The notes beneath the pieces were generated by a model that worked only from the letters and a program-made list of their open reading frames with translations, was not told the origin of the DNA and searched no databases. DNA of 64,000 nt from positions 28,086,001-28,150,000 of the forward strand of contig NC_042998.1 in the NCBI RefSeq assembly GCF_006345805.1, written 5' to 3'. Positions 52,187 through 64,000 of the stretch are shown piece after piece. The DNA comes from Octopus sinensis (lineage: Eukaryota). The stretch's first letter is position 1. The number at the start of each line of letters is the position of its first letter. A program made the translations under genes and the position numbers.

Positions 52187-52531
52187 TATGTATATAAAAG
52201 GTGCGTTAGTTATTTGTGAAGTAAATGTTAAAATATGAAAACCTAATAGAAAAATCAATATATTTTTATAACATTCGGTGCCCATATTCTCACATAGACA
52301 CCGTAAGAGGCTATTCAGTAAAATCGGCATCACTGCCTCCATACCTGTTTTAAAATGGATTACGGGGATGATCGTTATTCATGTTGTCCATAACATATCA
52401 AATACCAGACAGTGACTTCTTGGTATCGTGGGAATGCTTGTTGGTCTCCCTCAAAGACGCTTCAGAAGTTGTAGTCCAAGGCTTTAAATCACAGGAGTTA
52501 GAAGGTGTGTGTATATATACATATACATACA

Positions 52532-52565
<34 letters not shown>

Positions 52566-52584
52566 CATATATATATATATCTAT

Positions 52585-52670
<86 letters not shown>

Positions 52671-52671
<1 letters not shown>

Positions 52672-53105
52672 ATTAAAAATGAGGGTGTCTAAAAGACACC
52701 AACATGCCGGAATAGCAGTCGAAACTCCCTACTATAAAACCACGTTAATTGTTCATATAGCACCATGAGGTAAGGCGGAGGGACAAAACATACAAGCAAA
52801 AATTATTGAATAATTCAAGATCCAAGGATTTCTGGTTCTGCTTTAGATAAGCTTTACCGTCATCAATTGAATATATCAAGGGTACATAAATACAGATATA
52901 TATATGCACAGCAAACGATATACAGCAAACGATATACAGAACCAGAAATCCTTGGATCTTGAATTATTCAATAATTTTTGCTTGTATGTTTTGTCCCTCC
53001 GCCTTACCTCATGGTGCGATATGAACAATTAACGTGGTTTTATAGTCAGAGTTTCGACTGCTATTCCGGCATGTTGGTGTCTTTTAGACACCCTCATTTT
53101 TAATT
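52671..53105. repeat. Inverted repeat, about 170-bp near-identical arms, 96-bp spacer
   Basis: Arms 52671-52840 and 52937-53105. Confidence 0.95.
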
Positions 53106-53217
53106 GTAAAAATTTTTTTTACCTTTGTAAGGTATTTCTTTCATGCTGGCCACTTGATAATTTCGACACTTAAATATCGATATTATCCTCATATATAAAT
53201 ATATATATATATACATA

Positions 53218-53432
53218 AAGGGAAAGTTTACGAAAATAAACAAAAGATGAAGGCAGGTGGAGTACAAACAAACAAATGTATTAGGAATAGAAAAAGTCTT
53301 TTACATTTCGACAGAAAGATACACAGAAAAAGATGCGTGTTGGAGCTAACGATCCATCATGGCGTCCTGACTTCGGACAGTGGTCAGACGCGAGAGAGAC
53401 AGTAGGGGAGATAACAGGATCAAGTGACTTCC
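53218..53432 (-). mobile_element. Copy of the 44101 family with hammerhead stem II deleted
   Basis: TTTTACATTTCGA^CAGAAAG versus TTTTACGTTTCGAGCCTACGCTCTTCGACAGAAAG. Confidence 0.8.
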
Positions 53433-53433
53433 A

Positions 53434-53792
53434 ATATATATATATATAAAATTAGAAAAAAGCCCCACCTTTTATCAATTCAAAATGAACAATTAAATTA
53501 CACCATCTAGAAAATTACATATAATAAAAATATTAAAATTAAAATAACAATAAAGTATCAATGAATAAGTTATTTGCAAAAAATATTATAAGTAGAATAG
53601 CGACACGTTTTTCATGGCTATATTTAAGAAATGATTATTATTTTTTGCAATTTACTTAATCATTGACACTTTATTGTTATTTTAATTTTAATATTTCTAT
53701 TATATGTAATTTTCTAGATGGTGTAATTTAATTGTTCATTTTGAATTGATAAAAGGTGGGTTTTTTCTCTAATTTTTTATATATATATATAT
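53434..53792. repeat. AT-rich inverted repeat, about 155-bp arms
   Basis: CCACCTTTTATCAATTCAAAATGAACAATTAAATTACACCATCTAGAAAATTAC and its reverse complement at about 53706-53760. Confidence 0.95.
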
Positions 53793-53914
53793 TATATTGT
53801 GTAAAATTTGATTTAGTATTTCTAAATTTAATTTTTTTCCTTGTAAGTTTGGATTTTATACCCTCAAATGATAATAAATAAATATATATATATACATATA
53901 CATACATACATATG

Positions 53915-53972
<58 letters not shown>

Positions 53973-54360
53973 TATATCAACATGCATATATACCATACAT
54001 GTAATTTAATGTATGTTTTGTATGTATTCGTGTTTGTCTAAAGATTAGATGGTTTCAGTTTTTAAACAATATGAAGGAAACTTTCAAAACATAGTCCCAT
54101 GCGCACGCACACGCAAGGCGAGAGAGAGAGAGAGAAAGAGGGAGAGCGATTATTAGCGTTGTATGGAATGTGTGTTTGTTGTTCCGTTGTTATACTAATA
54201 AGAAAAAAGTATTTCCTAATTTCTATGGAGTCTTTTAATTTAAAAGTCTCCATTATTTCATATTCTCCAGATTCGATTACTAGCATACGAGTTTATTATA
54301 TTATCGTGTAATTAGATAAGAGTAAATTAATTTCAGCTACTCTTCAGATACATTTTATTT

Positions 54361-54374
54361 GTTACCATGGCAAC
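54361..54374. promoter_or_regulatory. RFX X-box, full consensus match
   Basis: GTTACCATGGCAAC fits GTTRCCATGGYAAC. Confidence 0.55.
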
Positions 54375-54731
54375 CGGTTTATGATATATGTGAGTGTTTC
54401 CATATATCTATGTCTGCGATAGATTAGATATCCTTCGTATGACATAAATAACCCGTGCGTGCATGCGTGTGTGTATGTGTGCCTGTGTGTACGTGCGCTT
54501 ATGTGTGTGTGTGTGTGTGCGCGCACGTATGAGTGGGCGTGAGTATCTTCTATACTTATAGATTCTCATATTTAAAATATTATATTTATATTTTAAGGAT
54601 TTGTATTTAAATTGATTGGCACTCATCGTCTGACTGTGCTTCACGCGAGAATGGTGTATTATACGAGATTTCATAGCGCTACGTTTGTATCTTCAAGTTT
54701 TGGTGAATGTATTTCATTGAAGCGCCAGAAA

Positions 54732-55116
54732 TATTCTTTCCTACTCTAGGCACAAGGCCCGAAATTTTGTGGGAGGGTGCCAGTCGATTAGATCGACCAC
54801 AGTATGCAACTGCTACTTAATTTATCGACCCCGAAAAGATGAAAGGCAAAGTTGACTTCGGCGGAATTTGAACTCAGAACATAAAGACAGACGAAATACC
54901 TATTTCTTTACTACCCACAAGAGGCTAAACACAGAGAGGACAAACAAGGACGGACAAACGGATTAAGTCGATTACATCGACCCCAGTGCGTAACTGGTAC
55001 TTAATTTATCGACCCCCGAAAGGATGAAAGGCAAAGTCGACCTCGGCGGAATTTGAACACAGAACGTAACGGCAGACGAAATACGGCTACGCATTTCGCC
55101 CGGCGTGCTAATGTTT
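54732..55116 (-). mobile_element. SINE family A internal dimer
   Basis: Two cores joined at GAAATACCTATTTC (about 54894-54907). Confidence 0.9.
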
Positions 55117-55131
55117 CTTATTTCTTTATTG

Positions 55132-55480
55132 CCCAAGATCAGAAAATTGATATCTGATAGCAAATTCAGAGATAAACTGAATCCAGTTGAGCTGACGGAA
55201 TGGTATTCATTCGTGTTAGGTGTACAGAACTTTCTTGGAAATCATAGAGTTGAAGACTATGCTGATTTAATAAACATCATGCTAACAGCGTATGAAAGAA
55301 TATGATGCCGAATGTCCCTTAATATGCACTTCTTGCATCCTCATCTCGATTCTTTGCCAACGAATCTTGGGTCCGTTAGTGATGAACATGGTGAGAGGTT
55401 CCACTAGGATATATCTGAGATGGAAACGAGGTGTCAGGGTGGGTTCGATCCACACATAATGGGTGACTACACCGCTGGTT
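55132..55480 (+). pseudogene. CMC/Chapaev-like transposase C-terminal relic
   Basis: PKIRKLISD..W.SF..VQNFLGN..YERI*CRMSLNMHFLHPHLDSLPTNLGSVSDEHGERFH*DISEMETRCQG..MGDY; two in-frame stops. The superfamily name is from recall of the motif. Confidence 0.8.
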
Positions 55481-56064
55481 CCCACAACGTGAGACCAGCG
55501 CGGCGCGTAAGCGCAAGAGCGTCTCAATCATTTCTGAGCTGAGAATATCAAAAATTAAGTGAGTATTCCCTGAACATAAATATACTATGTACCATTATAT
55601 TATAATACTATTTGCCTTGATCATAATTTTTACTATATATAGTACTAGTATACTATTATAATAATTGTTTACCTTGAACTTAACTATTCCTGATTCTAAT
55701 ATAGTATTAACATAAGTATGTACATAACTCAAAATCCTGACGTACTACAGCAATTCTGAGTTCAGATTCAGAATCAGCGCACTCGATTTAGTTTAGTACG
55801 GCACCATTTGTCTTGGTAGCAGACGATAAAACTTTTTTTGTTGCCCTGTACACAAACACACACAGACACACAAACACAAACGCACACAGACGCACATGCA
55901 CGCATACATACACATACACATGTACAGTACATTTAATCGTGAAATATACTCTTTTAAGCTCAATAGCGAATGTACGAAAATGAATTTTATACATGATTTT
56001 GATGAGTCAACATTCAACATTCAATATATTGATGCAGCTTAACTCTCTAGTCGCGTATTTATAT

Positions 56065-56177
<113 letters not shown>

Positions 56178-56459
56178 TATTATATATATATATATACACA
56201 CTAATACTCTTGAGTTCGAATGTGAATGAAACAATAGTAAATCGATGTAATAAAACAGCTTGTTAGTTCTACACTCCTTGTTAATAATTGTGTGCGTGCG
56301 TGTGTGTATGTGTATGATAATAACTAATTTGCATCTCGAATGTCTGTTTGTCGTTTTTCCCCCGTTTTTGTCATCATGCCGGAGGAAAAACTGGTGGTGC
56401 TGAGTGAAGTGAATGAAAAATGTGTAAAAAGAAGTCAGCTAATACAAGATTGACTGAGG

Positions 56460-56490
<31 letters not shown>

Positions 56491-57183
56491 AGAGAGAGAG
56501 GGGGAAGAGAGAGAGAGAGAGAGTTTGTGTGTGTGTATGTGTGTGAAAGAGCAAGATAGAGAGAGAGAGAGAAGTAGCGAACAATTATCAGTTTGCGTGA
56601 CAGGCAAGCATGCGACACAACAGTGAAATATAAGGTGATATGGAGAAAAAAATGAAAGTGGAAAAGATAGTCCAAGCAACAAAGCAGAGTTTTGAGAAAG
56701 GAAGACAGAGCTGTTGGACAGAGAGGAGAATAAGAGTTGTAATGTGAGGTGTAGTAAGTAATGGTGTTGTAAAGAGAAATATAGAAGCAGAAATAGAGGG
56801 GAGAGAGAAACAACGAGAGAAATTTGTGTATGTTATCACTATGTGCGCCTCAGAAAATGTTGAGAAACAAGGATTAGACGTGAAGAAAGAGTTTGAATGA
56901 GAGAAAAATAGAAATATATAGCGCTTAAGGGAAGGAGTTGATATAATGAGTCAGTAAGATTATGGTTTCCAATTCAGGCACAAGGTCAGCAGATTGTGAG
57001 GGGACGGATTTAGTCGATACCATCGAGTTTCGTATATTGTTAGTGTTATAATTTAACGACCCTTTGGGGTCGATAAATTATTAATAAAAGGACGGAAATA
57101 AACCTAAACGGGATCACGAAAGTGGATAATTTTTCTGAATTACAAGAAATTCTACTGAATATTTTAACTTTTATATTTTCTTT

Positions 57184-57582
57184 ATACTCTTTTTTTTTTT
57201 TACTTGTTTCAGTCATTTGACTGCGGCCATGCTGGAGCACCGCCTTTAATCGAGCAACTCGACCCCGGGACTTATTCTTTTTGTAAGTCCAGTACTTATT
57301 CTATCGGTCTCTTTTGCCGAACCGCTAAGTAACGGGGACATAAACACACCAGCATCGGTTGTCAAGCAATGCTAGGGGACAAACACAGACACACACACGC
57401 ATATATATATACATATATACGATGGGCTTCTTTCAGTTTCCGTCTACTAAATCCACTCACAAGGCTTTGGTAGGCCCGAGGCTATAGTAGAAGACACTTG
57501 CCCAAGGTGCCACGCAGTGGGACTGAATCCGGAACCATGTGGTTTGTAGACAAGCTACTTACCACACAGTCACTCCTGCGCC
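57184..57582 (-). mobile_element. SINE family B, full length
   Basis: Standard head, body and tail. Confidence 0.95.
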
Positions 57583-57864
57583 TATATGTGCAATTATTTA
57601 TTTTATACTAAAGAGGATCATAAATTCTAAACATGCAAGGGTTTCGTTTCTACACGTTTAAAATTTCTTAACGCTTTTGCACCCACCGAAGACTCGATTT
57701 TCTGCGTGTCTCTTATTTTATCTTCTTTCTCTTATTTTTTTTCTTTTTTACTACTCACTGTCATTCAGTGGGTTGGCAGATAACTGCAGCATCAAACAAA
57801 ATACTTAACAATATTCCGCTTACGTTCTTAGTTCCAATCCAACGGAGGTTAACTTCGTATTATA

Positions 57865-58546
57865 CTTTAGAGACATTTAGAAATAATAGTATTTCTATTT
57901 TTAAAAACCAGTGAATGTGTTCAACGGAGTATATATAAAAAACCTTCGAACAGACAATCAACAGCGACGCCTGCTGGGTTCGGTACTCGACATTCATAAG
58001 GGGCAAATACTCAGAAACTAGCATGTGGTCCTTCAACCAGCAAAGGGAAGCTGATGACCTCCTCTCTTCGATGGTTGTAATGGTCACAGGATTGTGAGTC
58101 ACATAGATAGCTAGAGGCGATAGCCTCTTGGAGCTAATCAACAGCAGAATTCATACTATGTTTCTGGACAGGCATGTTAGCTTGGCGATAACTATTAATA
58201 CCCAATACTGCTGCAGTAGTCTCCTTTAGGAAGATTTATAAATAATAATATGTCTATTTTTGACAACCGGTGGTTGTATTCCACTGAGTATATATAAATA
58301 AACCTTTGAACCAGACAGTCAACATAGATGCTTGCTGTGTTCGGCTAATCCGCATTCATAAAGGGTAAATACCCCGAAACTAGTCTGTGAATGTTGAACC
58401 AGCAAAGGGAAGCTGATGACCTACTTCTTCGATGATTGTAATGGACACAGGTTTGTATGTCACGTAGCTAGCTAGAGGCGACGGCCTCTTGCAGCTAATC
58501 AACGGCAGCATTCGTCCTATTTTTCTGGACTGCCATGTTAGCTTGG
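57865..58546 (+). repeat. Diverged two-unit tandem repeat (359-bp period), each unit with a hammerhead-like motif
   Basis: Units 57865-58185 and 58224-58546 share AACCAGCAAAGGGAAGCTGATGACCT, AGCTAGAGGCGA..GCCTCTTG and CATGTTAGCTTGG. Confidence 0.9.
58351..58389 (+). ncRNA. Type-I hammerhead-like fold, U3-A8 with C at position 5
   Basis: CGCA TTCATAA AGGGT-aaat-ACCCC GAAA CTAG TC TGTG; paralogous motif at about 57990-58026. Confidence 0.5.
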
Positions 58547-58553
58547 TGTGATC

Positions 58554-58588
<35 letters not shown>

Positions 58589-58603
58589 ACGTGTGTGTGC
58601 GTC

Positions 58604-58655
<52 letters not shown>

Positions 58656-59872
58656 ATACACGTACACGCACACATACACTAACACACACATCTATATGTA
58701 TGTATGGTAGCAAATTAGCGAAGTTCTTAGAAAGTATGTTAAAGCGTGTATGAGATTTCTAAGAAGGATCAAGGCATTCAATGTTTAAAAACAAATCGTC
58801 TGAGACTCAGCGAAATGGGTAGTAAACTTTAAACGGCTTGAAGCAAATGGCTGACCATTTTGGTTAAACACATTGAATATTAGCGCAATAGGTGACAGGA
58901 AAGTAGGTGAATCTGGAGTCACGAGCACTCTTTCCCCCCTTGTTACACATAAACACATTCATACACACACATTTGAAGCTAAAGATTAATTCAATTATGC
59001 CTCGTGTCTCTAGCTGCTTCTTCGCTTTTTAAGGCGATTGTTATTCCCAATGGGTTTAGAATTTATCAACTTGTATTTGAGGAGCTCTTGGCAATGTAAT
59101 GTGTTATGACTAAATATAAATTAACAACAGTCACAAGATATTTTCGTTTAACTACGATATATCATCTGTTAGTACAGGGGCATATTTTAATATTTCCTTT
59201 AGCAGAAGTATATTTTTCGTTGTATCGGTGTAAGATTCGGCAACTGTGTTTTCAACCACGTTTACTATATATTACAGATTTATAAATTTAGGAAGTAGAA
59301 ATTAAGTTTTTTTTCACGCTTTTTATCTATGTAGAGTATCGTTCTTTGCACTTGTTATCTTTGTACTCATCATTATTCTCACTTCAATGACTACTCATAT
59401 TTCTGTTCATATCCGATGTTACTTTTACCGCAAAAGGTGTATTGTACCACACCTTATTTTCATTTTGTTGTTATTGTTTATAAAATACGGTATCTGTTGT
59501 GAGAGATGTTTTTCGCTCAACAGTGTAGTGCGCTCAGCCAGAATTTGCGAGGTAGGGTGTTCAATTCTCTGCAGCAGTTGTTGACCACATCTGTTTATAA
59601 GGATATTTTTACTCGGTTTTCTAAAGGTGTTTCACAGCTATTCCTCTTGCGTTCGATATTTCCTTCATTTCTAAAACGAAAAATATACTTATATATACCA
59701 ACTCACTCGACGCTTCAATATCTTTTTATGAAAATCTTCACACACACATAGATACACACGCGCTAGCGCGCGCACATGTTGGTTTCCACATGTGAATATC
59801 TAAACTTGAGCTTACGAATGGATACTCCCAAACGTATGTGCGTGCGCGCGCGTAAGTCATTGTACCGATAGC

Positions 59873-60263
59873 CTTTTACTCTTTTACTTGTTTCAGTCAT
59901 TTGACTCTGGCCATGCTGGAGCACCGCCTTTAGTCGAGCAAATGGACCCCAGTACTTATTCTTTGGAAGCCTAGTACTTATTCTATCGGCCTCTATTTGA
60001 CGAACCGCTAGGGGCGTAAACACACCAGCATCGGTTTTCAAGCGATGTTTGGGGCACAAACACAGACACACAAACATACACTCACACACAGAGACACACA
60101 CGCATATTTATATACATATATACGACGGCTTCTTTCAGTTTCCGTCTACCAAATCCACCTAGAAGGCTTAGGTCGGCCCGAGGCTATAGTAGAAGACACT
60201 TGCTCAAGGTGCCATGCAGTGGGACTGAACCCAAGTTACTTACCAGACAGCCACTCCTGCGCC
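59873..60263 (-). mobile_element. SINE family B
   Basis: Standard tail and body; head partly deleted. Confidence 0.9.
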
Positions 60264-60610
60264 TTGTCAACAAAGTGTTTATTTTATTTTATGTCCATTA
60301 CTTAATGTCCTGTTCATCAACAACGGACCTTCGTTTGGTTACCTATAGCACAAAGACTTAACAGTCATTACGCACCGCGTAATGCAATACACCAAAGGCT
60401 TAAAGTGGTTAAAGGAAGACTAATGTTACTAATATTTAACTTTAAACACTTTGACACTTTCTTCTGACAGAACTGGTCCACGTATATGTTGTGTTTCATT
60501 CGTACGTGAAAACATACATACATACATAGATGCATACATATATACACACATATATAGATGCATGCATGCATACATATATATGTACATACACATATACATA
60601 CCATACAGAG

Positions 60611-60842
60611 AAGGCAGCGAGCTGGCAGACACGTTAGCATGCCGGGCGAAATGCTTAGCGATATTTCGTCTGTCGTTACGTTCTGAGTTCAAATTCCGCC
60701 AAGGTCGACTTTGCCTTTCATCCTTTCGGGGTCGATAAATTAAGTACCAGTTTCGCACTGGGCTCGATGTAATCGACTTATTCCGTTTGTCTGTCCTTGT
60801 CTGTCCCCTCTATGTTTAGCCCCTTGTGGGCAGTAAAGAAAT
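60611..60842 (+). mobile_element. SINE family A monomer
   Basis: AAGGCAGCGAGCTGGCAG head to GTAAAGAAAT. Confidence 0.95.
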
Positions 60843-60893
60843 ATATACACAATTACATAGCATACAGAGAGAGAGAGAGAGAGAGAGAGCGAG

Positions 60894-60941
<48 letters not shown>

Positions 60942-61465
60942 ATAGGTTTGTCTGCGTGTGCGTGGTTGATGAACATATGGGTTAAAATTTCCTAATGAAT
61001 CACGGTTGCCAGTGTTTTATGACTGCAAATGAACGTAAGTCGATTCATGCTTCTAGTCACAGCGTTTACGAGAGAACAGCTACTGATCTCAAAATCAGAC
61101 AATTGTTAATATATGCGCAAGCTCACACACACACACACACACACTTTACACAGAAGGAAAAGGAACCTTTTTATCATCCAGCAATTTGCTAATGCTCAAT
61201 GAACAACATGAAAAAAATCCATGAATTTATTCTGATTGATATTATTTCATTATTAGCATGAAATTCCGAAGCACATTAAAAAATTCTGTTTACATTAATC
61301 AACTCCAATGCAATCTCGAAGTAATCAAACAACTGAATCCTTTTGAAAACGTACGTCTACCAAATTTCTATCAAAATATTAAACGTTTGGATTTTTAAGG
61401 CATCGCTAAAGCAAACGAAACGTACGAGCAATTATGTGTGTTATTCAGATAACTTATTGCAAACT

Positions 61466-61536
<71 letters not shown>
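61466..61536. repeat. (TAC)n microsatellite
   Basis: Directly visible. Confidence 0.97.
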
Positions 61537-62403
61537 TTTCCATAGTAGTTGCAAAGCCAGTGATGGCTATACTACCTGTAATCCAGCCGGAATATGACAA
61601 TTACAAATGAGAGTTGCGCGTCTCCGAAGATTTGACAATGAAATCGGTTTATATAATTTACAGTACATAGATAATTATTTTTTATAAATGAAATACACGT
61701 AAGATGACATAAGCAAATATTTTATCACCAAACTCTCCCGTTTCCTATAAATATATGTTTACACCACACATACATACATGCTTACAAACAAACGCGAGCG
61801 CGCGCACACACACACACACACACAGAGGATATACATGACTGGTGTGTCTGTACCTACTGACATATATACGATGGTATTCCTGCACGACTAAAGTCACTTG
61901 GATGAAACACCTAAAGGAATAAAGGAATATATATCTGATGTCAGACAGAAAATATCCCGTGAGCGTTTGGACTGTTATCTGTACATACCAAGCTAAATTT
62001 TGCTCTTAGAATTTCTCCGGGTGGATTTCCAACTACTACATAACGCTGCGTAGCTAAATATAGATAGCAGATACCGAATGTTGGTGTTTTGCCAATGTTA
62101 AATGATTATCGGACGTAATAGCATTTGGAATTCTAAAAAAAAAAAAAAAGAGAGACATGGATTTTGATGTGTATTCGATGTTTTCATTGCGTACATCTTT
62201 TGTCTCATAAACAATATCAGATATTTTTTTTTCTCCATCGAATACAATGTTATGACTTAGTCAAACACTTGATACGTCTTGATCAATTGAAAATTATCAA
62301 TATATGCTGTACTTGATGGAACCCAGTGAAAGGATGTCAGGAGTATTGATTTAACGATTTATTGAGAGATAAGCAAACGCATAATCCAATCGTCCATCCT
62401 TCC

Positions 62404-62448
<45 letters not shown>

Positions 62449-62451
62449 TAA

Positions 62452-62556
<105 letters not shown>

Positions 62557-62854
62557 GTATATATGTATGCATGCATGTATGTATGTATATATCTTCATGT
62601 ATAGCTATATATATATGTGTGTGTGTGTGTGTATGTATCTGTGTGTACATACACAAGTGCATATATGTGTGTATCTGCCTCTAACTGTGTATTATATATA
62701 TATATATACTTATTATATATTGATTATTCATTTTTATACTTTTTGAGATCTAGTTGTAGGTTTTATATATTTTATTTGTTATTTATGTTTTGGTTTATGT
62801 CTATCACTGATTGAGTTGCATAATAGTGGCTTTATATCTAATTTATATCATCTG

Positions 62855-62903
<49 letters not shown>

Positions 62904-63427
62904 CATATTTGTCAGTGCCTGGATGCATGTGTGTCTATGTGTAAGTATAAGACATGCATTGTACAAATAATATTCTACTTGTGTATATAATCTATCGAAT
63001 TTACAAAACCCCGATAAGCCATTATTTCATGTTCCAACAAACGGAGGGACAAACAAACATGTATATTCTGTTTATGATTTTAAAATAATTATTCGTATAT
63101 TATTGAATTTTGGGGGATATCTCCAAAATAAAGTAGGTAAAATTATAAAAAACGTAAACAAATATTTTAGTCCAGAAATTAGTAAAACAATAAAATTTAT
63201 TTTGACTTTTGCATTCAGAATATAGAATGTCGTATGAGACTTTAACATTTCAAAAAAACATTAATTAATAATTGTTATAAAGTCAGTAGATTAGTAATAC
63301 CGCAAGGGCTGAACAAAATGTCTGACGGTATTTAAATGCATTTAGTTTCCCAAGTGGTTGTCGCTGTTCCACATTTTATCGTCTCACTTCTTGCTGTCGC
63401 CGTTTCTGTTGAAGTTAAAGTACAATG

Positions 63428-63559
63428 TTACTGGTTTGCGGTAGTAGCGCTGCTACTGCCTTGGGCGACCATATTAGTAGTGGTGGTGGTGGTAGTGGTG
63501 TTAGTAGAATTAGCAGCAACTACTAATGGGTGGAGGGCCGGTTCGGCTGCTGAATAATG
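63428..63559 (-). CDS. Candidate low-complexity terminal exon
   Basis: A polypyrimidine tract (run of T followed by CCCCTCC) and AAAG precede HYSAAEPALHPLVVAANSTNTTTTTTTTNMVAQGSSSATTANQ*; no recognisable domain. Confidence 0.25.
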   Translation of the reverse strand, partial: HYSAAEPALHPLVVAANSTNTTTTTTTTNMVAQGSSSATTANQ

Positions 63560-63679
63560 CTTTGTTTAATCAGGAGGGGAAAAAAAAACCAACAACCTAG
63601 TTTTAAATCTCTGAATAAGATCTACGTAGTAACTGTACTGTGTAGTAAAGCTTATTTGCCAATAGAACGTGACGTCGCA

Positions 63680-63824
63680 ACTCATTTCTACAACTGTGTT
63701 AACTGGGGCAACGTGAAATAAAATGTTTTGCTCAAGAACGCAACACGCAGTCCGGTCCGAGAATCGAACTCACAACCTCACGATCGTAACCTCGACAGTC
63801 TAACCACTGGGCTATGCGCCTTCA
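63680..63824 (-). mobile_element. SINE family C head and domain
   Basis: GAAGGCGCATAGCCCAGTGGTTAG..TTCTTGAGCAAAACATTTTATTTCACGTTG. Confidence 0.85.
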
Positions 63825-64000
63825 CCCTTTTACCGTTAAGAATATAGTTGTTATAAGAAGAGATAATTTGTAGGAGAATATTAGTGTCGGAAAATTCAAT
63901 TCTGATACGCTGTGAGTTGAGCATAGATTGGTACCTCAAATTTTTGGAGAAGTTCCTTTCGATGGCTTCGAAACCATTCAAGATCTGCTTGGAGGATCAA

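Noticed and set aside
56376-56453. MPEEKLVVLSEV.. as a first coding exon
   Set aside because: 25 codons only, weak donor sites, embedded among (GA)n repeats.
58051-58419. TGATGA in both tandem units as snoRNA box C
   Set aside because: No terminal stem or suitably placed box D was found.

Overview
AT-rich, microsatellite-dense eukaryotic non-coding DNA, most likely a coleoid cephalopod (Octopus). The species call is inferred from the repeat landscape, not from a search. Nearly all ORF-track hits are translations of (TA)n, (ATCT)n, (CCTA)n, (AAT)n and similar repeats. Four tRNA-derived SINE-like families recur; I label them A-D. Also present are two canonical non-autonomous Helitrons, mariner, Tigger, Chapaev-like and Harbinger-like DNA transposon relics, decayed LINE fragments and several long palindromes. 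There are two candidate minus-strand coding exons, one with a BESS-like motif, and a consensus RFX X-box. The most notable signal is a set of short, mutually unrelated non-coding elements that each carry a minimal type-I hammerhead-ribozyme fold. The tertiary 3-8 pair appears in three complementary forms (C3-G8, U3-A8, G3-C8). One element has a Pol III tRNA-like head, and another is a two-unit tandem resembling a retrozyme. All folds and alignments were done by eye; ribozyme activity is untested.
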